A stretch of DNA of 64,000 bases from Candidatus Binataceae bacterium. Lineage in GTDB: Bacteria; Desulfobacterota; Binatia; Binatales; Binataceae. The stretch's first letter is position 1. Each line of letters starts with the position of its first letter. The stretch spans positions 6,550 to 70,549 of the forward strand of contig JASHPB010000071.1 in the NCBI GenBank assembly GCA_030038355.1, in the 5' to 3' direction. The notes under the pieces were generated by a model that was not told where the DNA came from, searched no databases, and worked only from the letters and a program-made list of their open reading frames with translations. Below are positions 1 to 11,205 of this stretch, piece after piece. Both the position numbers and the translations under genes were made by a program.

Positions 1-20
1 TGAAGCCGCCGTAATTCTGA

Positions 21-131
21 CTTCCCTTCCCGATGCGGGAAGGGGTTGGGGGCTAGGTCGATTGTTTGACGCTAAAGAACGGATCACGGAATCCAACCTG
101 ACCCTCTTTCCCATCCCTCCAGGGAAGGGAA
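21..131. repeat. REP-like composite palindromic repeat (CCCTTCCC...GGGAAGGG family)
   Basis: Two inverted hairpin units (ttcccttcccgatgcgggaagggg...; ...ctctttcccatccctccagggaagggaa); a related copy lies at 31727-31818. Confidence 0.6.
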
Positions 132-232
132 GTTTGGCAATCCACCGCTGGTGACTATTTCGCAGATTCAATTCACGCACTCACGGAATGACGCCAAAAG
201 ACAGCCACAAAGAGATCGCGGTGCGATCACGG

Positions 233-2251
233 CTAGCGGCCTCCGCCGGACGCCGCCTCGCCAGCGTATTCCTCAGCACGGCTCCTTCCTATCGCGACGG
301 CGATTGCGGCGCGCTCGCGCACGTTAGGCCACATCACGACGACCGTGCCCATCGCCATCAGCAAACCTCCCGCCCAGAGCCAGAAAACCAGCGGCGTGAG
401 AAAAACCTCGAACGTGGCACGATTGCCGTTGTCGTCGAGACCGGCCAGCACGACGTAAAGGTCAGCAAACGGCGTCGAGCGGATCGCGACTGCCGTCGCG
501 GGCTGCTGCTGGCGCTTGTAGAAGAGCTTTGCCGGGTTTATCACGGTGACTTCGCGGCCATCGTGCATCATGGCGAGACGGGCTGTCGCTTGCTCGAGAT
601 GTGCGTTCTCGTGCTGATCGAGGCCGAGATACTTGAGCGAGAACGAACCGATCGTGAAGCTCTCGCCGATCGCTACGCTCTTCTTCACTTCCACCTTGAA
701 GAACGACGACCCGATGATGCCGACGAACGCGGCCAGCACACCAATATGGATGATGTATCCGCCATAGCGGCGGTTGTTCTTCGCAACGAGATTTACGAGG
801 GCGCGCGCGGGCGGCTCCGAGACCATGTGACGGCGTGCGCTCACGCCGCGGCGAAACTCCACGATTATCGTGCCGAGCACGAACGCGGCCAGTGAAAATC
901 CGGTCGCCGCGTACCATTCGTGGATACCGGACAGAATCGCAACGAGACCCGCGCTGACGCCGAGTATCACCGGCGCGGCGAAACTTCGAAGGAGGCGATC
1001 AGCGGTCGTGCGGCGCCAGGCAATCAGGGGTCCTACGCCCATCAGGAAGATCAGCGCGAGTGCGAGCGGACCGTTGACGCGATTGAAGAACGGCGGGCCG
1101 ACGGTGATCTTGACGCCGCGCACCCATTCAGAAAGCACCGGGAAGATAGTTCCCCAGAAGACCGCGAAAGCGATCCCGACCAGCACGAGATTGTTAAAGA
1201 GGAACGCCGCTTCGCGCGACAGATACGATTCGAACTCTGCGGGGCTTCTCAGATCAGGCGAGCGCCAGATAAGGAGCGCGGTATAGCACGTAACGATCGC
1301 GATCAGGAACGCAAGAAAATACGGTCCGAGGCCCGATTGCGTGAACGAATGCACCGAGGAGATCACGCCGCTGCGCGTGATGAAGGTGCCGAACAGCGTG
1401 AGTGAGAACGCAAGCCCGATCAGCGCGAGGTTCCAAACCTTCAGCATGTCCTTGCGTTCCTGGATCATGACGGAGTGCAGGTAGGCCGTCATCACGAGCC
1501 ACGGCATGAAAGCGGCGTTCTCGACTGGGTCCCAGGCCCAGTAGCCGCCCCACCCCAACACCTCATACGCCCAGCGCGCGCCGAACATGTTGCCGAGCGT
1601 GAGGAAGAACCACGAGAAGATCGCCCAGCGCCGCGTCGAGCGAATCCACGAGTCATCTAGCTTGGCGGTGATAAGAGCCGCCGCGCCGAACGCGAATGGA
1701 ATCGTCGAGCTAACATAGCCCGTGTAGAGCGACGGTGGATGTATCGCCATCCAGTAGTTTTGTAGCAGTGGGTTGAGATCGCTGCCTTCGATCGGCACCG
1801 GTGAGATTAGATCGAACGGCCGCGTGATGAAGTTCAGCATGAAGAGGAAGAAGATCGCGACGCCCGCCATCACAGCGAGCGCGTATGGCGCCGTGTCAGG
1901 ATTGCGGCGGCGATTCTGGAACGCCGCGATCGAGGTGAAAATCGAGAGCAGCCATGTCCAGAAGAGCAGCGAGCCCTGCTGTCCACCCCAGAGCGATGTG
2001 AACTTGTACACGGTGGGGAGCGTGGTGCTCGAATAGGACGCGACGTATTCCAGCGTGAAGTCGCTCCGGAGCAATCCGTTCCAGAGCGCGATGACCGCGA
2101 TCGTCACCATCGCGCACATTGCCCAGAGCGCATGGCGTCCGCTCAGAATGAAATCGCCGCGACCGCGGCGGGCGCCGTAAACGTTGGCGAAGATCGAATA
2201 GACCGCGAGGATGAGAGCGACCAGGAGGCAGAGTTTGCCTAGATCGGGCAT
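233..2251 (-). CDS. ccmF: Cytochrome c biogenesis heme lyase CcmF
   Basis: Multi-pass membrane protein with WGGQQGSLLFW, IHPP, WAYEVLGWGGYWAWDPVENAAFMPW (WWD domain) and SVHSF motifs. Confidence 0.96.
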   Translation of the reverse strand: MPDLGKLCLLVALILAVYSIFANVYGARRGRGDFILSGRHALWAMCAMVTIAVIALWNGLLRSDFTLEYVASYSSTTLPTVYKFTSLWGGQQGSLLFWTWLLSIFTSIAAFQNRRRNPDTAPYALAVMAGVAIFFLFMLNFITRPFDLISPVPIEGSDLNPLLQNYWMAIHPPSLYTGYVSSTIPFAFGAAALITAKLDDSWIRSTRRWAIFSWFFLTLGNMFGARWAYEVLGWGGYWAWDPVENAAFMPWLVMTAYLHSVMIQERKDMLKVWNLALIGLAFSLTLFGTFITRSGVISSVHSFTQSGLGPYFLAFLIAIVTCYTALLIWRSPDLRSPAEFESYLSREAAFLFNNLVLVGIAFAVFWGTIFPVLSEWVRGVKITVGPPFFNRVNGPLALALIFLMGVGPLIAWRRTTADRLLRSFAAPVILGVSAGLVAILSGIHEWYAATGFSLAAFVLGTIIVEFRRGVSARRHMVSEPPARALVNLVAKNNRRYGGYIIHIGVLAAFVGIIGSSFFKVEVKKSVAIGESFTIGSFSLKYLGLDQHENAHLEQATARLAMMHDGREVTVINPAKLFYKRQQQPATAVAIRSTPFADLYVVLAGLDDNGNRATFEVFLTPLVFWLWAGGLLMAMGTVVVMWPNVRERAAIAVAIGRSRAEEYAGEAASGGGR

Positions 2252-2258
2252 CGGCAGG

Positions 2259-2744
2259 CTATTTCGCTCCAGCAGGGCGGTACTTGGACGGACAGCTCGT
2301 CATCACCTGCGTCGCCGCGATCGTGCCGTCGGGTTCGAGCTTGCCCTCGACGATCACGTCGCGGTTGGGCGCAAACATATCTGGCTTTGGTTCGCCCTGG
2401 CTTACGATGCTGAAGCTCGGGGCCTCATCTACGGCAACCGGCTTGATGGAATCATTTGCGGCAGTGGAATTCGCCGCGGGCGGGATCGGATAAATCGCGA
2501 ACCTAAGCGTAAGTGTCGAAGGGTCCCACGCGATCGTACCAGGCTTGACGCGCCCGGCGATTCTGAGCGACTGGCCGCGTAGCTCGGTTGCGCGAGCACT
2601 CACCTCGGGCACGGTCAGGTAGTACTCCGAGGTCGAACGAATGGAAGAAATGATGAGATAGGCGATCGCGACAACGATCAGCCCGGAGCCGATCAGAAAG
2701 CGCGGCTTTATCCGCCTGCCCAATTTACTCAAGCCTCGATCCAT
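2259..2744 (-). CDS. ccmE: Cytochrome c maturation heme chaperone CcmE (CxxxY variant)
   Basis: N-terminal TM helix, YYLT motif, C-terminal CPSKY; directly upstream of ccmF. Confidence 0.9.
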   Translation of the reverse strand: MDRGLSKLGRRIKPRFLIGSGLIVVAIAYLIISSIRSTSEYYLTVPEVSARATELRGQSLRIAGRVKPGTIAWDPSTLTLRFAIYPIPPAANSTAANDSIKPVAVDEAPSFSIVSQGEPKPDMFAPNRDVIVEGKLEPDGTIAATQVMTSCPSKYRPAGAK

Positions 2745-2851
2745 GCCCGATGCCGCCGCCTAATCACGAAAGTTCGCGCCTGGCGAACGCCCTCGATTCT
2801 CGCAGGCAGCACGCATACAGACAACATTGCAGATGAACCTTCTAGGCAGCT

Positions 2852-3679
2852 CTAATCGTCCATCGCGGATGCGTCCGCGTCCTTGGGGCCGACCGCGACG
2901 CCACGTTTCGATGCGCGGATAAAGTCGATCATCTCGCGCACTTCGGTGCTAAGATCGCCGGTCGCGAGCATCCGTTCGACCGCGAGCTTCAAGTTCTGCC
3001 GTTTCCCGAAAAGAGCGCTGAACGCATCGCGGAGCACGCGAACCTGCGAGGCGTTGAATCCCGCACGGCGGAGCCCGATTACGTTGATCGCGCGAAGCGT
3101 GTGGGTCCCGTCCATTACGCAGAAGGGCGGAACATCGCGGCTCGTGCGACTAAGACCGCGCATCATCGCGAGCCGCCCGATGCGCGTGTACTGATGCACG
3201 ACGCAATTGCCCGAGACCAGGGCGCGGTCGCCGACCTCGACCCACCCCGCGAGCAGCGCACCGCCCGCGATGAGCGTCGAGTTGCCGACGCGGCAGTCGT
3301 GCGCAACGTGCGAATTCTGCATGAAGAAATTGTCATCGCCGATAATCGTGATCTCGCCGCGCTCGCTGCCGCGATGCACCGTCACCTGCTCGCGGAAGAC
3401 GTTGCGATTGCCGATTCGCACGGCGCGCGATGCCCCGCTGTACGTGAGATCCTGTGGCTCGTTGCCAATAACGACTCCCGGATGCAATACGTTGCCCTCG
3501 CCGAGCCCGGTGTCGCCGAGGATAGTGACGTGAGAGATGAGTTTCGTGCGCGCGCCGAGGTGAATTCGCCCCTCGAGCATGCAGAATGGTCCGATCTCGA
3601 CGCCTGGCGCCAGTTCAACGCTTGGGCTGATCACCGACGACGGATGGATTCGCGGCGGACCCGGACTCTCGGACGTCAT
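2852..3679 (-). CDS. lpxA: Acyl-ACP--UDP-N-acetylglucosamine O-acyltransferase
   Basis: Hexapeptide repeats plus PQDL, HVAHDC, VHQY, DVPPF and NVIGLRRAGF motifs. Confidence 0.9.
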   Translation of the reverse strand: MTSESPGPPRIHPSSVISPSVELAPGVEIGPFCMLEGRIHLGARTKLISHVTILGDTGLGEGNVLHPGVVIGNEPQDLTYSGASRAVRIGNRNVFREQVTVHRGSERGEITIIGDDNFFMQNSHVAHDCRVGNSTLIAGGALLAGWVEVGDRALVSGNCVVHQYTRIGRLAMMRGLSRTSRDVPPFCVMDGTHTLRAINVIGLRRAGFNASQVRVLRDAFSALFGKRQNLKLAVERMLATGDLSTEVREMIDFIRASKRGVAVGPKDADASAMDD

Positions 3680-3874
3680 TCAGTGCAGAATCCTGTCCTT
3701 CTTGCGGTCGTCGGGATGCTCGTTGAGCGGGTCAGCCGGAGCTCCGCCAGGGACGCGATACTCCTCCGCCGCCCAGGTTCCGAGGTCAACCATGCGGCAT
3801 CGCTCGGAGCAAAACGGGCGAAATCGATTCTGCGGCGACGCGTCGACGGGTTTGCGGCAAGTCGGACATCGCAT
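3680..3874 (-). CDS. yacG: DNA gyrase inhibitor YacG (zinc finger)
   Basis: CPTC...RPFCSERCRMVDLGTW signature. Confidence 0.92.
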   Translation of the reverse strand: MRCPTCRKPVDASPQNRFRPFCSERCRMVDLGTWAAEEYRVPGGAPADPLNEHPDDRKKDRILH

Positions 3875-3936
3875 GCCATGATTCTATCCGCTCGGCCGCG
3901 GGGCAAGCCATACTCTCCCGTGGCGCTGAGCGCGAG

Positions 3937-4221
3937 CTACATCTGCTGGCGCGAGATGAAGACGGCGCCCTTGTTGCCGATATGCACGCAGTTGATATCG
4001 TCGCGGTTGAACTGGGGCGTGCAAAGCGGAGTGTCGATTGCGGGACACTTGTAAAGGTTAGCCTCGATCACCTCGCACTTCGAGAGATCGAAGTTCGCCT
4101 GCGTAGTTGGCGAGCCGGTAGTGGGCTGCGGCGGTGGTGGTGTCGCGGTTGAGCATCCCGCGAGCGCCAGCATCGCCAGAGCACCCGCCATCGCCATCAG
4201 CTTCATTCTCGATACCGTCAT
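3937..4221 (-). CDS. Small Cys-rich lipoprotein of unknown function
   Basis: Lipobox LAGC, Pro/Thr linker, four-Cys domain; GGGAGG RBS upstream; exact start uncertain (4221 or 4230). Confidence 0.7.
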   Translation of the reverse strand: MTVSRMKLMAMAGALAMLALAGCSTATPPPPQPTTGSPTTQANFDLSKCEVIEANLYKCPAIDTPLCTPQFNRDDINCVHIGNKGAVFISRQQM

Positions 4222-4389
4222 CTTGGTCATCCTCCCAGTGCGACCCTTTGGCGCCATTACGCCACGGCTCGCTCATCGAACAATTTGTATAGCGCCCGGA
4301 CCGGCGCTTGGCTATCGACGGACTGCGCACCGGTATTGCCTAGCCTCGTTACAATGGGAACACTTCGATCCTGGAGGAACTTCAGCGCA

Positions 4390-5073
4390 ATGCGCCGCGC
4401 CGACCGCCTGTTCGAGATCATCCAGCGACTTCGCAGGCGGGGCGTGGTGACGGCTCGCACGCTCGCGGAACAGCTCAAGGTCAGCGAGCGCACCATCTAT
4501 CGCGACATCAGCGACCTCATCGAAAGCAAGGTCCCTATCGAGGGTGCAGCCGGAATCGGCTACTCGCTGCGCAAGGGCTACGACCTGCCACCATTGATGT
4601 TCAGCGAAAGCGAGCTTGAGGCGCTCGTGTTCGGCGCGCGGATGGTGCAGAACTGGAGCGATGCGGCGCTAGGCCAGGCTGCAGACGCGGCGATCTCCAA
4701 GATCGAGACTGTCTTGCCGGCGCATCTCCAGAGAATCGTTGAGGACCGGTCGCTGTGGGCGCCATCGGACATACGGCGCCTGCCGCTCACCTTCGATCTC
4801 GGCGCGCTGCGCGGCGCGATTCGCTCGAGTCACAAGATTCGTTTTCATTATGTCGATGACAAAGGCGCCGAGACTCATCGCAAGGTGCGGCCGCTGAGCC
4901 TCTGGTTCTATCCGCCGATCTGGATCGCGGTGTCGTGGTGCGAGCTACGCAACGACTTTCGTTTTTTTCGCGCCGACCGGATGAGAGAGGTCGAGTTCCT
5001 CGACGAATCGTTCGCGCCCGAGCCGGCAAAGTCAGCTGAGGCGCTCTTCGGGCGGCTGATGAGCCGCTCCTGA
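4390..5073 (+). CDS. YafY/PafBC-family HTH-WYL transcriptional regulator
   Basis: MRRADRLFEIIQ...VSERTIYRD wHTH; GYDLPPLMF; WYL domain WCELRNDFRFFRADR. Confidence 0.93.
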   Translation: MRRADRLFEIIQRLRRRGVVTARTLAEQLKVSERTIYRDISDLIESKVPIEGAAGIGYSLRKGYDLPPLMFSESELEALVFGARMVQNWSDAALGQAADAAISKIETVLPAHLQRIVEDRSLWAPSDIRRLPLTFDLGALRGAIRSSHKIRFHYVDDKGAETHRKVRPLSLWFYPPIWIAVSWCELRNDFRFFRADRMREVEFLDESFAPEPAKSAEALFGRLMSRS

Positions 5074-5080
5074 ACATCGC

Positions 5081-5102
5081 TCCTGATCCCACGCTGTCAG
5101 GA
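5081..5102. promoter_or_regulatory. Palindromic operator 1, probable WYL regulator site
   Basis: TCCTGATC-ccacgc-TGTCAGGA; same 22-bp geometry as operator 2. Confidence 0.55.
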
Positions 5103-5133
5103 TCTTCGATTGCCAGATTATTACAGAGATTTC

Positions 5134-5155
5134 TGCTGACAGACGGTTGTCAGCA
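5134..5155. promoter_or_regulatory. Palindromic operator 2, probable WYL regulator site
   Basis: Perfect TGCTGACA-gacggt-TGTCAGCA between the WYL gene and the cupin gene. Confidence 0.7.
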
Positions 5156-5245
5156 TCGACCCGCCGCTCAACCCGCTCGCGATGCTATCGTCTCGCCATC
5201 AATAACGACGCCGCTCCCGCGGCAATTCGGCAAAGGAGAGGGAAT

Positions 5246-5632
5246 ATGAGCACCGAGGTTATGGAGCGCACGCCGATTCGCGATCGAGTAGTCGTGCTGG
5301 TGTCGGCCGAAGAGTCATACGGCGAGCTGTTCCGCTGCGAATATATCGCGCTCGAAGTCTCGCCCGTTCCGCGCGATCATATCCACACGCATCAGGAGGA
5401 ACGCCTCGATGTCGTGGAAGGCACGGTGCGATGCAGGGTCTCGGGCATCGTGCATCGGCTCACGGCCGGGCAAACGATGGTCATTCCGGCGGGCACGCCG
5501 CACGCGGTTTGGAATGACGATCCGCGCGGCTCGCGCTCGATTTCAGAATACCGGCCGGCGATGAATGCCGAGGCGATGTTCCGCGAATTCATCATCGATC
5601 GCGGGACGGCTCGGGCGCGCCGCGCGCGTTGA
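5246..5632 (+). CDS. Cupin domain protein
   Basis: HIHTHQEE...G and IPAGTPH cupin motifs; AAGGAG RBS before ATG 5246. Confidence 0.85.
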   Translation: MSTEVMERTPIRDRVVVLVSAEESYGELFRCEYIALEVSPVPRDHIHTHQEERLDVVEGTVRCRVSGIVHRLTAGQTMVIPAGTPHAVWNDDPRGSRSISEYRPAMNAEAMFREFIIDRGTARARRAR

Positions 5633-5649
5633 AATACGAGGATATTGAG

Positions 5650-6360
5650 CTGATAACGCTCGGCGTTTTTGGCCCCGCGTTCGGCCTTCCCGATCCGAGT
5701 CCGTTCGTGGCGAAGATAGAGGTGCAGCTCAAGATGGCGGGAACTCCGTATTGCAAGCAAAGCAGCGCGCCGATGAACGGACCCTAGGGCAAGCTGCCGT
5801 ATATCGCCGATGGCGGCAAACTCATCGGCGATTCAACTTTCATAGGCGAGCACCTTGCCGCGCACCACAGCCTCAACCTCGACAGCGAACTTACTGGTGA
5901 ACAGCGCGCTCAATCTTGGGCCATCGAGCCGATGCTGGAAGATCATCTCTACTGGGCGATAGTGCACATGCGATGGATGATCGACGAAAACTTCGCGCAG
6001 GGCCCGTGTCACTTTTTCGACGGCGCGCAGAGCCCGCGCGTGAGGAGGCTTGCAAGCAAGGCCGCGAACGCGTTCGCGCGGTGCTCCATGGGCAGGGACT
6101 CGGGCGGCATTCGGCAGACGAGGTCGCCAATCTCGGGGGCCGATCACCTTCCGCCTTGGCGGTGCTGCTTGGCGATCGCGAATACCTGATGGGCTCGCGG
6201 CTCTGCGCGACGGACGCCACCGCGTTCGGCATGGTGGCCGGCGCGCTCGCGCCAATTTTTCGATTCGCCGCTCACGCGTTCGGCACGCGCAGAAAAACCT
6301 CGTCGCGTACTGCGGTCGGATGATGTCGCGATTCTATCCGCAGCACGCCTGGAATTCGCG

Positions 6361-6364
<4 letters not shown>
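5650..6364 (+). pseudogene. Glutathione S-transferase (metaxin/FAX-like) pseudogene
   Basis: FGLPDPSPFVAKIEVQLKMAG...GP*GKLPYI...IGDSTFI with in-frame TAG at 5785-5787; C-terminal motifs (QGLGRHS, YLMG, DATAFG, NLVAY) spread over two further frames. Confidence 0.85.
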
Positions 6365-8565
<2,201 letters not shown>

Positions 8566-8739
8566 GCTGGACAGGTTGGTAACGCGGCACTGCAAAAAAG
8601 CCGCGCCCTTCTGCAGGGTCTGTCACGAGGAGTCTAGACGATGTGAAGGTTGGGCGCGAATCGCGGCACGCGCGATTTACTACGCCTGCCGTGCTCGATA
8701 GCCAAGTGGTGACGCGCCTTGCCTCGAGCACGGTCTTTT

Positions 8740-9099
8740 GCGGAGCGAAATGCCGAATCGATTGCGTCGTAGTCTGCCCGCCAGGCATTTCCTTCGCGGC
8801 AAAATAACCCCGCTGCGCCAAGCGCTCCGACGTCCTCGTGAACGCGCCGCTAGTCGCGCCCGAGTTCGATCGAAAGTGCCCGGATACTCGAAGCCGGTCT
8901 GCGATGAACGTGTTTCAGTTATTCCCAGCGTTTCGGAGCTAATGCCGATAGCAGGCCTTCGATGCTCTCGAACGACAGATGACGCTCGCCGAGCCTGTGC
9001 CCTTTTCTCCAATCGATGCCACCCTGGTGATAAGCCGCCGTCCCGTTTCCTGAGGGTGTCAGCGATGTCGATCTCAAGTTTTTGATTGGTGTATTTCAT
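8740..9099 (-). pseudogene. Decayed HTH antitoxin/regulator (COG4190, TumA-like)
   Basis: After a frameshift reads ERHLSFESIEGLLSALAPKRWE*LKHVHRRPASSIRALSIELGRD*RRVHEDVGALGAAGL...ADYDAI; in-frame stops at 8919-8921 and 8850-8852; ATGA overlap with the upstream remnant. Confidence 0.75.
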
Positions 9100-9365
9100 G
9101 ACGATTGCCTCTGCCGCAGCGTCGCCACGTCTGCTAGGAAGTCATCGACCAGCCGTTCGAGGTTGAAAAACGATATGGCTGCTCGCCTTCCGTCGTTCGT
9201 TGCCGTATGCGACCATGCGTTCACCTTCTTTTTCCATAATGCAATTAATGCCTCAAATTGTGCCGGCTCCCACGAACTGGCGCTGAACCACATAAGTTTC
9301 GATTTCGACTATTGCTCGGTCGTCGAAATAGCGCTTGTCGTAGTCGCCGGTTCGCCTCTTCTCAT
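9096..9365 (-). pseudogene. Decayed DUF6516 (TumE-like) toxin
   Basis: Fragments in different frames: YDKRYFDDRAIVEI, GERMVAYGNERRK, FFNLERLVDDFLADV. Confidence 0.65.
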
Positions 9366-9471
9366 TCGCGCCCTCGGGAAACGACAAGCTGACTTTAGGT
9401 GGCGAATCTGAGGCCTGCAGTGACATATGTCATCGTATGCCATAGCAGTCCGGGCACGGGAGATTTGAATC

Positions 9472-10710
9472 ATGGCAAGTGCAGAGCGGCCGACTCCGGC
9501 GGCGCCGTTCGACCCAATGATGGGACGGCTCGAACTGATCGAGCCCGGCATCGCAATGTTTCACGGCTTCGCTAACGTCGCGTTCGCGTACGGCCGCGGC
9601 GAGATGCTCGCGGTGGACACCAGCTCGCGCACGATGGGCGCGATGGCGGTCAAAGCTATCCGCGAAATAACCGACGAGCCGTTCGCGTTTCTGATCTACA
9701 CTCATGGCCACGGCGATCACGCGTTTGGCACCGACGCGTTCCTCGAGGACGCCTTGTCGCACGGCTTCCGCCGTCCGAAAATCTGGGCGCATGAGGACGT
9801 GAGCGGCCGCTTTCATCGCTACGCGATGACACGCGGTTGGCAGTCGCACATCAACCAGCTTCAGTTCGGCGCACGTGCGCCAGTCGACGGAATCTTCGAC
9901 GAAAAATCGTTCCGCTATGCCGACCTCGCGTACCGCGACTACCAGACGCTCGAGCTAGTGGGCGAAGCCGTCGAGCTGCATCACGCGCGCGGCGAAACCG
10001 ACGATGCCACCTGGGTCTGGATGCCAACGCGGCGGACCGCGATGGTCGGTGACCTGATCGTTTCGTCGATGCCGAACACCGGCAACCCGAATAAGGTGCA
10101 ACGCTTCACGCTCGGATGGGCTGAGGCCCTGGAAGCGATCGCGCGCAAGAAGCCGCGCTACGTGCTTCCCGGGCATGGCCCCGCATATCGCGGCGAGGAC
10201 GCGTGCCAGGAGCTTCTTCTCGAGACGGCGCGCGCGCTCAGGTTCATCCACGATGAAGTGGTGCGACGCCTCAACGCCGGCCAGTGGCCGGTCGAAATCG
10301 TCGAGGCGAATATCGAACTGCCCGCCGATCTTGCGGCGCAGCCGTTTCTTGCACCGATCTACGGATGCGTTCCATTCGTCGTGCGCGATGTCATCCGCTA
10401 CTACGCGGGATGGTGGTCAGGGGAGCCGTCCGCGATGTTTCCCGCAACGCGTCGCGATCGCGCGGCGGACGTCATCGCCTTGTGCGGGCGCGATGCAGTC
10501 CTCGCGCGGGCGCGAGCGCTCCGCGATGAAGGCGAATTGCAGCGTGCGCTCGCGCTGGCTGAGACGGAGCTGAATGCCGACGTTAGCGATCGCGAGGCGA
10601 TGGATCTCAACGCCGACATTTTGGAGAAGCTCGCGGCGCGCGAGCGCTCGTTTATCGCGCGCAACTTCTTCTCGGGCGCAGCGCGCGCACTTCGTGAAGG
10701 TCTGAAGTGA
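9472..10710 (+). CDS. MBL-fold hydrolase, alkyl/aryl sulfatase-like with dimerization domain
   Basis: THGHGDH, GETDD, PNTGNP, LPGHG and YYAGWW motifs. Confidence 0.88.
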   Translation: MASAERPTPAAPFDPMMGRLELIEPGIAMFHGFANVAFAYGRGEMLAVDTSSRTMGAMAVKAIREITDEPFAFLIYTHGHGDHAFGTDAFLEDALSHGFRRPKIWAHEDVSGRFHRYAMTRGWQSHINQLQFGARAPVDGIFDEKSFRYADLAYRDYQTLELVGEAVELHHARGETDDATWVWMPTRRTAMVGDLIVSSMPNTGNPNKVQRFTLGWAEALEAIARKKPRYVLPGHGPAYRGEDACQELLLETARALRFIHDEVVRRLNAGQWPVEIVEANIELPADLAAQPFLAPIYGCVPFVVRDVIRYYAGWWSGEPSAMFPATRRDRAADVIALCGRDAVLARARALRDEGELQRALALAETELNADVSDREAMDLNADILEKLAARERSFIARNFFSGAARALREGLK

Positions 10711-10830
10711 TCGCCCGATATCGCGACTCTCTTCGAGTCATTCCGAGCCAAAGGCGCCAGCAAGGCGAGGAGGAATGATCGCGGGGCGATATTCTGCGGC
10801 GCGCGGGGCTTTTGCGGCTCCTATTCAATT

Positions 10831-11156
10831 GCGGTGTCGACCGCAGCGGCCTTGTAGCAGCTTCACTCACCAGTGCCTCAGATTCCTCGCAGCATAGGCA
10901 GTCCCTTCGACGACCGCTTTGGGGAGTCTCGCCCACGGTGTTCACGCCCTTACTTGTTGATGCCGGAACCGCGTCTTGCGACCCGTCCCACGATCCCGTT
11001 CGAGTCACCGCTCAACACCGGGCGAGGGCCTCTTAGATTCGAGCACTTCGCCTCATGGCCGCTGACGCGCACCTCTCCCCGAACTGGTCGCTCAACCTCT
11101 ATCCCGCTAGATACTGCTGAGTGAAGGTCAGACAAGGCCGCTGCCGCCAACACTGC
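10831..11156 (-). ncRNA. Candidate large structured ncRNA or non-autonomous mobile element
   Basis: At least six nested inverted-repeat pairs spanning the whole intergenic element; mismatches mostly resolve as G-U on the minus strand; GUC-GCAA-GAC tetraloop; no credible ORF. Confidence 0.55.
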
Positions 11157-11205
11157 GGACGTAGTGCGCAACGAAATGCTCACGTGCCACCCAGAGCAGT
11201 ATCAA

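Noticed and set aside
10831-11156. tmRNA, RNase P, SRP, group II intron or retron identity for the structured element
   Set aside because: No tRNA-like ends or tag peptide, no GAGGAAAGUCC, no SRP helix-8 motif, no domain V, and no reverse transcriptase nearby
10652-11183. Four short overlapping ORFs across the structured element
   Set aside because: No RBS, no recognisable motifs and no coding-like codon bias
11170-11190. TGGCACG as a sigma54 promoter for the candidate RNA
   Set aside because: No GC at the -12 position with 10-nt spacing
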